DNA of 64,000 nucleotides, taken from positions 35,072-99,071 of the IMG/VR virus record IMGVR_UViG_3300035169_000087; one strand, 5' to 3'. Below the pieces are notes generated by a model. It ran no database searches and was not told the DNA's origin. It was given only the letters and a program-made list of their open reading frames with translations. The DNA comes from a virus. Made by a program: the position numbers and the translations under genes. Positions 37,287 through 46,470 of this stretch are shown here, in pieces; the first letter of the stretch is position 1, and each line of letters starts with the position of its first letter.

Positions 37287-39481
37287 GTACGCGCCGCACG
37301 GAAATCGATGTGATGCAACGCGGAGGAGAACACGATCGCCTCCCCGCGCATCGCGGACACGTCTCCCCCGGCTACCTTGCATCACGTCAAGCGGACATGA
37401 TCGAGGCGCTGCTGCCGCTGCCGCACTCCGCCGTCACCTACCGTCAGCCCCGCGAGCCGGTCCTCAAGCGGCTCGCCGAAGGGGCCGCAGACGGGCTGGT
37501 CGCGTACAAAGGCGTGCTGGTCACGCCGCTGATCACCGCGCCGGTCACGTTCGCCGGGGCGCTCACGCACAGTGGGACGCACCACGCACTGTTCGGCGGC
37601 CTGAGCCTCGCCGCGTCCGCGATCTTCGGTGCCGTGACCGCTGTCACCTCGCTCGCGCACATCACGAACGAAACGATGCCGCATCAGATCGCCACCGAAC
37701 GCGCGGGGCACGCAGGGAAGATCATCGCGACGGCGTTCGGGTTCATGGTCACATTCTTCGACTACGGCGCCGCAGCACTCTCAGCCCCGCTCTCCGGTCC
37801 CTCGTGGGGCGCCGCCGTCCTATCCACGCTCGGCATCGGCGGCGCCCTTGCCATGGCGATCCACGAGGAACGCTCCAACGGCCACGCCCGCGAAACCCAC
37901 CGCATCGAAGCCGTCGCCGACCTCGCGTCCGCCGTCAAAACCGTCCAGCCGCCCTCGTTCACCCCGCCGCCCATGGACGGCGTCAGCGTCCACCCGGTCG
38001 GTTCGCTGGTTGTGTGGGCGATGGCCGACAACGGCCTGCACGGCGCGAGCGTGGACGGCATGCCGGCGATCCTGGACGAGCGGCGCTGGACGGTCACGAT
38101 CAACCATCCGGGGATCTCCGTGCGGCGCGTGACCGCCAAGCTGGACGATCTGGCGTCCAGTCTGCGGGTCATCACCGGCGGGCTGCGTATCGCCCGCGGT
38201 GAGCATGAGCACCAGACCGTGTGGACGGTCAACAACACGCCCCTGGCTGAGATCGCGCCGGCCGGTGCGCACCCGATCACCGAACTGGACCCCGCGGCGC
38301 GCCTGTCGATCTGGGACGGGGTGCACCTCGGCGAGGACGACAACAACCGGCCGGTGGACGTGCGCCTGGCCGGCCGGGCCGGGATCTTCATCGCGGGCGC
38401 GCCGGGGTCCGGCAAGTCCAACGGTGTCGCCGCGGTCACGTGCACCGCGGTGGCCGCGCACGACGCGGAACTGTGGACGATCGACGGCGCCGGGCGTGAG
38501 TTGGCGATGTTCGACGCGGTGGCGCGCTACTCCACGCGGTTCGACATGGACGAGGCGATCGACCTGCTTTCGCTGCTGAAGGACGAGATGATCCGGCGCA
38601 GTGAAATCCTCGCGGGGCTCGGGGCGACGGAATTCACGCGGGAAATCGCGCACGAGCAGGGGATCAACGTCATTTTCTATGTGATCGGCGAGGTGTCGCA
38701 CTACACCGCGAACGACACCGAGCCGAAAGCCAAACGCAAGTTCAACTCGCTGCTGACGGATATCACCCCGCGGGGCCGGGCGAACGCGATGGTCGCGGTG
38801 CTCGACTCGCAGAAGCCGGAGGACCGGCTTATCCCGTCCGCTATCCGCGACCAGATCCCGCTGAAACTCGCCCTGAAGTGCGAGACGGAGGAGCAGGTCG
38901 TCACGATCCTGGGCCGCGGGATGCAGAAGCTGTGCCCGGCGCATCTGCTGCCGTTGGACGAGGAGGGCAAGAGCCTGGGGTTCGGGTATTTGAAGGGTGT
39001 TCCGGGCCGGGAGCCGTTCCGGATGCGTACGCGTCTGATCACCGCGGATGAGCGCAAGGCTGTGATCGCGGCGCGTGTCGCCGGCCGCGGTACCCCGCCG
39101 GAGGGCCCCGGTGGTGGCGCGCCCGAGCCGTCGGACGACGCGGGCTGGTCGCGTCCCGCCCGGCCGTCGTATCTGCGTGCGGTGCAGACGCCGCAGTTCC
39201 CGGACGGGCGGCGCGTGGACGACGACCGGGTGGCGCTGTGGAACGCCTTGGACCGTTTCCCGGGCGGCTTCACCTACAACGAAGTCGGTGAGCTGGCCGG
39301 CTCGCTCGGCATTCTCAACGGGCGTTCGGGGGTGCAGCGTCCGCTGGACAATTGGGGTCGGTCCGGGTACCTGGTGAAGATCGGCACGCGTTCGGGTGCG
39401 GCCGGGCAGGCGCCGGCTGTGTGGCGCAAGGCCACCCATGAGGAGTTCAAGGCGGGCAGCGGCGAGAGGCAGGCCGGGTGA
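37283..39481 (+). CDS. FtsK/SpoIIIE-family DNA translocase (TraB/TraSA-like)
   Basis: N-terminal TM region, Walker A IAGAPGSGKS, EMIRR, Walker B-like YVIGE, RGRA...SQKP...IRDQ, C-terminal wHTH-like domain. Confidence 0.85.
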   Translation: MSTRRTEIDVMQRGGEHDRLPAHRGHVSPGYLASRQADMIEALLPLPHSAVTYRQPREPVLKRLAEGAADGLVAYKGVLVTPLITAPVTFAGALTHSGTHHALFGGLSLAASAIFGAVTAVTSLAHITNETMPHQIATERAGHAGKIIATAFGFMVTFFDYGAAALSAPLSGPSWGAAVLSTLGIGGALAMAIHEERSNGHARETHRIEAVADLASAVKTVQPPSFTPPPMDGVSVHPVGSLVVWAMADNGLHGASVDGMPAILDERRWTVTINHPGISVRRVTAKLDDLASSLRVITGGLRIARGEHEHQTVWTVNNTPLAEIAPAGAHPITELDPAARLSIWDGVHLGEDDNNRPVDVRLAGRAGIFIAGAPGSGKSNGVAAVTCTAVAAHDAELWTIDGAGRELAMFDAVARYSTRFDMDEAIDLLSLLKDEMIRRSEILAGLGATEFTREIAHEQGINVIFYVIGEVSHYTANDTEPKAKRKFNSLLTDITPRGRANAMVAVLDSQKPEDRLIPSAIRDQIPLKLALKCETEEQVVTILGRGMQKLCPAHLLPLDEEGKSLGFGYLKGVPGREPFRMRTRLITADERKAVIAARVAGRGTPPEGPGGGAPEPSDDAGWSRPARPSYLRAVQTPQFPDGRRVDDDRVALWNALDRFPGGFTYNEVGELAGSLGILNGRSGVQRPLDNWGRSGYLVKIGTRSGAAGQAPAVWRKATHEEFKAGSGERQAG

Positions 39482-39906
39482 TGGGGCGGCGTAAGCGCAA
39501 GGGCCTGTTCGCGATCCTGTTCCCGGAGCTCCATAAGGCGGTCCGCAGGGCGGCGCACGACATGCGTCCAGACCGTGCCATCGGCAGGATGATGAGCGTT
39601 CCGGAGTTGAAATCCGGTGTCCGCCCGCTTGTCGGCACCCGCACCACGCATGTGACCGGTGAGACCCGTAAGAAGCAGGTTACCGGTGTGCAGCGCAAGC
39701 AGACCGCGGCGGCCAACAAGGCGACCCGGAAGATCCAGCCGCGTGGTACCGGGAAGGCCGTGGTGACGAAGCGGAACAAGCGCGGCCAGTTCGACAGCGT
39801 CAAGGCGATGAGCCCGCACGAGCTGGCCGCTTATGAGCGCGCGGTCGCCAAGGGTGAAACCCCGCCGCCTGCGGTGCGCTGGGCGGGTACGCGCCGCGCC
39901 GGCTGA
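39481..39906 (+). CDS. basic hypothetical protein
   Basis: TGATG-coupled to the traB-like gene. Confidence 0.6.
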   Translation: MGRRKRKGLFAILFPELHKAVRRAAHDMRPDRAIGRMMSVPELKSGVRPLVGTRTTHVTGETRKKQVTGVQRKQTAAANKATRKIQPRGTGKAVVTKRNKRGQFDSVKAMSPHELAAYERAVAKGETPPPAVRWAGTRRAG

Positions 39907-40274
39907 CCGATACTTGCCTCATCCGCCCGACCGAAGGAGCCCCCGTGGACCGCCCCGACCGCCGCGACCTGGAATCCGCCGTCCGTGAGGTGCGCCGAGT
40001 CCCACTGGGCGAACTCGCCGAGCGGGCCGCCGAGGCATCCGCCGGAACCAGCCCCGTCGCTTTCAACAGTTCCCTCTAGGAGCCCGCATGCCCACCGCCC
40101 CGACCGTCGAACGCCCCGATGCCCGCGCCCTGCCCAGCGCCGTCCGCGACGTGCGCCTTATCCCGCTGCGTGCCTGCGGCCAGGCCACCGAGCCCGCCAT
40201 CCCGGTCCGCAGCACGCCCGCCACCGGTTTCCAAAGCTCGATTTAGAGACCGCAACCGCAGTACCCTGAACCCC

Positions 40275-40598
40275 ATGACGACCGGCACCGTCACCATCAA
40301 CGAGCACGTGCGCCTGCGACAGTCCTTCACCGAGGGGCCGCCGGTCGCGGTCGCCCCGGTGGGCACCCTGGAGACCGGTGACCCGGTCATGGATGCCGCG
40401 CTCGCCCTCGCGGTGGTGTGCGTGCGGCACTGTCAGCCGCGTGACCGGCGTGATTACGTCTATGAGGCCGTCAACCCGGCCGGGCAGCCGTTCCTCGGTG
40501 AGGGTGACAGCGAGGTTGTGCGGCTGCGCGCGGCGTTGGCGGGCACGGACTGCGGGATCGAGGCGCAGCGGGCGGCGTTGCAGGCGGCAGGCGGGTAG
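40275..40598 (+). CDS. hypothetical protein
   Basis: ORF followed by a hairpin at 40627-40651. Confidence 0.45.
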   Translation: MTTGTVTINEHVRLRQSFTEGPPVAVAPVGTLETGDPVMDAALALAVVCVRHCQPRDRRDYVYEAVNPAGQPFLGEGDSEVVRLRAALAGTDCGIEAQRAALQAAGG

Positions 40599-40675
40599 GC
40601 TCGGCGCGAGCAATGTACGGCGGCGGCCCCGCGTTCTGGATGGCGCGGGGCTTCGTCGTTCTCCGCCCACTCCGC

Positions 40676-40704
40676 TTGACACTTCGCATCACGTGATGCA
40701 TAGT
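40676..40704 (+). promoter_or_regulatory. sigma70/HrdB-type promoter with palindromic operator
   Basis: TTGACA-N17-CATAGT; perfect palindrome GCATCACGTGATGC (40686-40699) in the spacer. Confidence 0.75.
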
Positions 40705-40740
40705 TAGAGGTGCCAGGACGGAACCAACCCGGAGGACACC

Positions 40741-41142
40741 ATGGCCCGCCAAAGCATCCAACTCGCACAGATCAGCCCCGCCGACATCATCGCCGACACA
40801 GACCTCGACCTGCCCGAAGAGTTCTACGACAGCCCCCGCGCCGTCGAGCGCCTCGAATACGCCATCGCCGACGCCGTCACCAATCTCCTGCCCGACCTGC
40901 TGATCGTCGCGCAGTCCGAGCGCCTCGACGGCTCCCGCGTCTGGAACGTCCTGCAGCCCCTCGACCCCGCCACCAAGCGCGTCGGCAGCCGGGGCATGTT
41001 GGAAGACGACGCCACCCCCGCGCACGAGCAGGCCACCGCCTGGCTCACGGACCTCTCCCGCGTCGCGCAGGCCATCAACCTCGACGAGATCGCCCGCGAC
41101 GCCGTCCGGCACGCGGGCCTCGCGCTCCAAGCCGATGCCTGA
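40741..41142 (+). CDS. hypothetical protein
   Basis: GGAGG RBS after the promoter. Confidence 0.65.
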   Translation: MARQSIQLAQISPADIIADTDLDLPEEFYDSPRAVERLEYAIADAVTNLLPDLLIVAQSERLDGSRVWNVLQPLDPATKRVGSRGMLEDDATPAHEQATAWLTDLSRVAQAINLDEIARDAVRHAGLALQADA

Positions 41143-41377
41143 GCCGACTGAGACCTGGGGTATCGCACAGGTCGCCGAGTTCTTGCGCATCCAGAAGGGC
41201 TCGGCGCGCGGGCTGCTCTCCCGCTGGGGCGTGAAGGCCGTGCGCTACGAGCCCGGCGAGTCTGGCCGACCCGAAGCCCGCTACGACGCCGAGCAGGTAC
41301 GCGACGAAGCACGCCGACGCCCCGGCAGGGGCGCACGCACCGACCTGACCGCCACCAAAGAGAGGGCAACACCGTGA
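41135..41377 (+). CDS. MerR/Xis-like HTH protein
   Basis: WGIAQVAEFLRI...YDAEQV...RRPGRGARTDL. Confidence 0.7.
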   Translation: MPEPTETWGIAQVAEFLRIQKGSARGLLSRWGVKAVRYEPGESGRPEARYDAEQVRDEARRRPGRGARTDLTATKERATP

Positions 41378-42200
41378 GCGACGAGGACACCTGGCCCATC
41401 GCGATCGACCCGCCCGAATGCGGCTGCACCGAATGCATCACCGGCGAATACGTGCCACTGGAGCGGGTGACCCGCGAGCAAATCGTGGACCTGCTCACCG
41501 GCCGCATCGCCAACCACCTCAGCGACTGGCACAACGAGCACACCAGCGTGACCGTCACGGTGCGCATCGACGAGCACTCGTGGGAACTCACCCCCGAGCA
41601 GGGTGCGCAGCTGATCGGCACACAGGACCCTGGCAGCGCGGCACGTGTCGCCGAGATCCGCGCGGCTCTCTCTCGCGGCTGGGTGAACGACGCGGACTAC
41701 CGACCCGACGATGTGTGGCCCGCAGCCGCGCGGGACCTGCTGCGCGCACTCGACGGCACGACACGGAAGGAACTGACATGACCTGGCTCGACTGGCTCGG
41801 CGTCGCGTTCTGTGCCGTCGTCGCCGTTGCGTTCCTCACGTGGGCGGCCAACAGCCTGTACAAGGCGTGGCCGCGCATGCCCGACACTCGGCGACAGGAA
41901 CCGCGCTCCCCGATGCAGATGTACCTCGACGGCAACGGCGACCTGTCCAACGTCCGCGCCGTCGCGCTACTCGCCGAAGCCGAACGAGGCTGGAACCGCA
42001 ACCACCGGCGTAACGCCGAGGACGACCCGCAGGAACCCAAGCCCGCTCGCGGGGACTACGACTCAATCGGCAACGATGCCGCGTTGCTGTGTAGCGGCAT
42101 CGTCGTGGCCCCTGACGCGTATATCACGATGCCGTCCGGTGAAACGATCACGGGCGCTGAGTTCCATCGACGTGCGGGGGTCACTTCTGGCGACGACTGA
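41374..42200 (+). other. two hypothetical CDS (41374-41781; 41778-42200 with an N-terminal TM)
   Basis: Coupled ORFs; hairpin CGCACCCCGCCA...TGGCGGGGTGCG follows. Confidence 0.55.
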
Positions 42201-42456
42201 CCGCGCACACGCAACCGCACCCCGCCATCGGAACTGGCGGGGTGCGGCGTTTCAGCGTACGGCACGGGGTCTCGAGGCGTGCGGCGAACGTGCCTCACGC
42301 GCGACGCAGCGTGCACTTCGCAGATTGGGTTGCGCGGCGGATTGACACAGGTCACACTCGCGCCAGAACGACAAGGGCGCACCGCTCGTCACGGTGCGCC
42401 CGACGCCGATAAGGCCGACTCCCCACATGGTAGAACGCACCACCGGGAGTTGACGC

Positions 42457-43269
42457 ATGCCCAAACACCAAGTCCCGAACTGGCCGCCGACCCCGGACGC
42501 GCACCACGAACCCGGACCCAGCTACGGCGACTGCCCATTTCGCTGCAACTCCCGCTACCGCGCCGCCACCCGCGACCACGACACCGCCCTCAACGCGTGG
42601 ATCGAACGCGGCCACACCGGCCCCGAACCCGCACCCCCCGAAATCGACCCCTGGCCCGGCGACCCCGTGTTCTGCCGCCGCTGCGCACCCGTCATCCGCG
42701 GCGCACTACGCGAACTACCCCTCGCCCACACCGCCCTGCGCTCCGTCGCGTTCCTCACCCGCACCGCGAGCGCCGACGAAGAACGACGCGGACGCTCCGA
42801 CGCTCCACCCTCCCCCAGCCCCGGCGCAGACCACGCCGACGAAATCACGCGCACCACCACCGCATGGGAAGACGACCTGCGCCGCCACCTACGCCACACC
42901 GCAGCAACCGACCAGTTCGGCGACCCGCACGCCACCCTCACCGCCGCAGTCGAATACCTCAACACCCACTGGACCGCGATGATCGGGCGGGAAGAATGCG
43001 CGGCAGACTTCGGCCAGGAAATCTGGCGGCTGCACGCCGTCGCCCTCGCGATGGTCAAGAACAAGCCCGTACGCCGGCACCTGCCCGCGCCGTGCCCCTC
43101 GTGCGACACCCTCAGCCTCATCCAGGAGGAGGGCATCGCGGGAAAACCCTGGTACGTCGAATGCCTGGAACGCGCAGGCGGGTGCGGCAGGCTGTATCAA
43201 GAGTCCGAGTACCTGTGGCTCACCCAGCTGCTCACCGGCGGCCACGTTCGTAAGCCTGTGGCGGCGTGA
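42457..43269 (+). CDS. Zn-binding actinophage protein (possible late regulator)
   Basis: CxxxC, CRRC, CPSC and CG motifs; located just before the late module and paired with an HTH gene. Confidence 0.6.
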   Translation: MPKHQVPNWPPTPDAHHEPGPSYGDCPFRCNSRYRAATRDHDTALNAWIERGHTGPEPAPPEIDPWPGDPVFCRRCAPVIRGALRELPLAHTALRSVAFLTRTASADEERRGRSDAPPSPSPGADHADEITRTTTAWEDDLRRHLRHTAATDQFGDPHATLTAAVEYLNTHWTAMIGREECAADFGQEIWRLHAVALAMVKNKPVRRHLPAPCPSCDTLSLIQEEGIAGKPWYVECLERAGGCGRLYQESEYLWLTQLLTGGHVRKPVAA

Positions 43270-43520
43270 GCGGCCTGCCGGAGTACCTGACCATCGAGGA
43301 CGCCGCAGCGTGGGCGCACCGCGGCGAGCGCACGATCAAGCGGTGGATGACCGCCCGGTTGCTGACGACCTACCAGCGGCGTTGGGACGGGGCGCTCATG
43401 GTCGCGTCCAAGGAGTTGGTCCTCGTCGAGCGTTCGATGCGCCGCCGGAACGTGGCCGCCAGCCGGGCGGGGCGTCCTCGCCGCGCCGCAGGTGGCGGGG
43501 GAATTGACGCAGGCAGTTAG
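43266..43520 (+). CDS. HTH DNA-binding protein
   Basis: YLTIEDAAAWAHRGERTIKRWM. Confidence 0.7.
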   Translation: MSGLPEYLTIEDAAAWAHRGERTIKRWMTARLLTTYQRRWDGALMVASKELVLVERSMRRRNVAASRAGRPRRAAGGGGIDAGS

Positions 43521-43533
43521 CTTGGTCCATTCT
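43504..43533 (+). promoter_or_regulatory. putative promoter of the late/virion operon
   Basis: TTGACG-N18-CATTCT. Confidence 0.5.
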
Positions 43534-43730
43534 GGCGTTATTCGGCGCACTGTCGCTGAGCGAAGCTAAGACTGGGCCGCCGTCCGTGAGGGCCGCGGCC
43601 CAAAGTCTTTTCGGTGCCGGACTTGGGCCGGTTTTAACGCGAGCGGTGGCCTTCGGGTCGCCGCTCGACGCTTTTCCGAACGAGGCGGGATGAGCCTCGC
43701 AACCATCACCACGTTGCGAAGGACTCCCCC

Positions 43731-45475
43731 ATGCAGAACATCACGATCGAACGCTACGGCGAGCACGAAGCGAAGAACTCCGTCACCGGCGAGGGCTTCT
43801 CCGCGTGTATCTCCGGCCAGGACGACACCGGCGCGGGCTGGGTGTTCTGGCTGGATGAGACCGGCCGCCCGTGCGTGTACTTCCCGAACCGGGAGCCGTC
43901 TGGCGCGGTGCTCGAGCCGCAGATCTCGCTGCTTCCGGTAGCGGCCTGACCGAAACCTCCGGCCGCCCCGCCCGCGGCCGGATCTTCTCCGCGCCGCGTA
44001 CCGAGGGACGCGCGGCGCGGAGCTCCAACTTCCGGCGCGCGAAATTCACGGACGTCGGACGCGCGCCGGAACACAACGCCGGGAGGTGCCGTGACCGGGC
44101 TCGCCCCTGAGCGTGCGGACCGCGCCATCGCCCGCGTCCTCGCAGGCGGACTCGACGACTGGCACGACATCACCGCCACCGCCGTGCAGTACGCCAGCCG
44201 CACCGGCAACAGCTACCAGCGCGAGGTCCGCATCGACGCCACCTCGGCCGACTACTCCAACCCCACGCTCGCCGTCCCCTTCGAAGCATGCGACCGCGTA
44301 CCGGCCATCGGCGAGCCCGCGTTCATCTACGCGCCCGAAGGTGCCGAAAGCCGCGCGGTCATCACCGGCATCGACGAGGACAGGCGACTCGTCCGGTTCG
44401 ACCCGTTGCCGTGGGACCCGCCGCCCGAGTAACGACAGGAACCACGATCAGCACCACCCTCACCGCCGTCCGACCAGCCGGGGACGCGACCGTGACCACA
44501 TACCGGCCACCCAGACTCGGCGACCTCATCCACGTGCGCATCGGCGACGGCGACGAACACTCCACTCTGCTGCAAACCGTCGGCGACGACGGCAAGACCC
44601 TCACCCTGACCGGCCCGACCCCGCACGGCGACCTTCGTGTCGTCATCCGCCGCGTCGACCGGTACCTCACCCCGCTGGAGACCTGATGTCCCTCCCCAAG
44701 ACCGCCGAGACCAAGGCCGAGCAGCTTTGGGCCGACCTGAAGGCCGACGGCCACCACCTCGCCGAGCGGGCGAAGGAGATCCTCGACGAGCTGCGCGGTG
44801 ACGCCCCGAAGCTCGAAGCCGAAGCCGCAGCGGACGCCGCCGACGTGGCCCACACCGCCGAAACGCAGGGCGTACAGCCCGCGATCGCCGAGGCCGAGCA
44901 CGACGGCGTGACCCTCGCCGAAGACACCGGACACGACGTGGCCGCAGCCGTCGAAGGACCGGCGAAGACCGAGACTGCGCCGACTGAGGCCCCGGCGAGC
45001 GAGCCGACCGCGTGAGCGCCCCAACTCCCAGCGTCGGCCGCGTAGTCCACTACGTCTCGTACGGCACCCCAGGCGGCGAATACACCAGCGAATGCCGGGC
45101 CGCCATCGTCACCGCCGTAGACGACGGCGTCACCACGCTGCTCGACCTGGACGTCACCGGCAGCGGCGAGATCACCCGCGCGCAGACGCAAGGCACGCCG
45201 ACCGTCAGCCTGTGCGTCCTGAATCCGGCCGGCCTGTTCTTCAACCAGGGCGTCAAGCAGGACGAAACCGGCCACGCGGGCGGCAGTTGGCACTGGCCGG
45301 AGAGGGTGGCCTGATGCTGTTCGCGATCCTCGCTGCCGTCACTGCGGGAGTCGGCTTCGTCCTCAACGGCGTCGGCGCACACACCAGCCCCTGGCTCTCC
45401 CCGACCGGGTTGCTCCTGGCCGCCGTCGCACTCCTTGCGCTGCACTTCGCCGGCGTCGGCCCGCGCAAACCGTGA
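43731..45475 (+). other. short hypothetical CDS (43731-43949, 44091-44432, 44686-45015, 45012-45314, and 45314-45475, a two-TM holin-like peptide)
   Basis: RBSs and overlaps; the last ORF is strongly hydrophobic. Confidence 0.55.
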
Positions 45476-45566
45476 ACGTCACCGGCGGCTGCTGTCCGGT
45501 CTTCATCAGCGAGCCGGGCGCACGCATCCGACGCCTCAACTGCTGCCCCACGCACGGAGGTGGCGC

Positions 45567-46073
45567 ATGTCCCTCTACGAACCGGGCCGCTACATCTGCG
45601 TAGGCGGCAAGGGCTTCGTCCCCCGCGTCATCGAAATCGCGACCCGCAGCAAATTCGCGCACGTCGTCATGGTCGAAACCCGCGACGGCGGCATCATCGA
45701 GGCCATGCCCGGCGGCGTACGGCGCGCCCACATCAGCCAATACGCCGGACTGCCCGCGTGCAGCAACCTCGCCGAACGCATGACCGCCACCCAGCAGGCG
45801 CAGATCCTCACCGCCGCACAAGGCATGATCGGCGTTCCGTACAACGACCTCGCGATAGCCGACGACGCGCTCGAATCCCTCGGTGTCGTGTGGAAGTGGT
45901 TCGCGAACCTCGCCAACGGCGACCACGAAGTGATCTGTAGCCAAGCGGTATCAATGTGGGGCGCGGCGGCCGGGCTCGACTGGTCCTGCGGCAAACGCGA
46001 CCTGTGCGAAGTCACCCCGGCGAACCTCGCCAAGCGGCCGTGGACGGTCTCCATCGACATCGAGACCGCGTAG
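45567..46073 (+). CDS. permuted papain-like amidase (NlpC/P60, YiiX/YaeF C92-like)
   Basis: SKFAHV...IEAMPGGV...GVPYN...ICSQAV...TPANL, with His before Cys. Confidence 0.75.
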   Translation: MSLYEPGRYICVGGKGFVPRVIEIATRSKFAHVVMVETRDGGIIEAMPGGVRRAHISQYAGLPACSNLAERMTATQQAQILTAAQGMIGVPYNDLAIADDALESLGVVWKWFANLANGDHEVICSQAVSMWGAAAGLDWSCGKRDLCEVTPANLAKRPWTVSIDIETA

Positions 46074-46091
46074 CCGGGACGGGGGCCGCTC

Positions 46092-46460
46092 GTGACGCTG
46101 GCCAACACCTGGAACTGGCAGATCCCCGTCGGCGCGCAATCCGCCGCGAGCTTCCAGATCGAAAACCCCGACGGCTCCCCCTACCCGATCACCGGAGCGA
46201 CCTGGGAGTTCGTGGTGCGCTCCGCCGCGGCAGGCGGCAGCGCCCTAGTGTTCTCGGTCACCACCAGCGCGAACGCGAGCGGGCTGCTGACCGTCACCAC
46301 GTCGCCGACCTCCACCGTCGCGCTCACTCTTTACCCCGCGGCCACCGCGGCCCTGGCGCCGGGCAGCTACTCGATGGCGCTGTGGATGGACCCCGGCACC
46401 ACCGGCGCGCTGCTGTGGGTCACCGGGACGCTCGGCGTCACCGCGGTCGCCCAACCGTAG
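46092..46460 (+). CDS. beta-rich virion accessory protein
   Basis: Beta-rich sequence (DGSPYPITGATWEF...); precedes the fibre-like gene. Confidence 0.5.
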   Translation: MTLANTWNWQIPVGAQSAASFQIENPDGSPYPITGATWEFVVRSAAAGGSALVFSVTTSANASGLLTVTTSPTSTVALTLYPAATAALAPGSYSMALWMDPGTTGALLWVTGTLGVTAVAQP

Positions 46461-46470
46461 GGGGTGCCCG

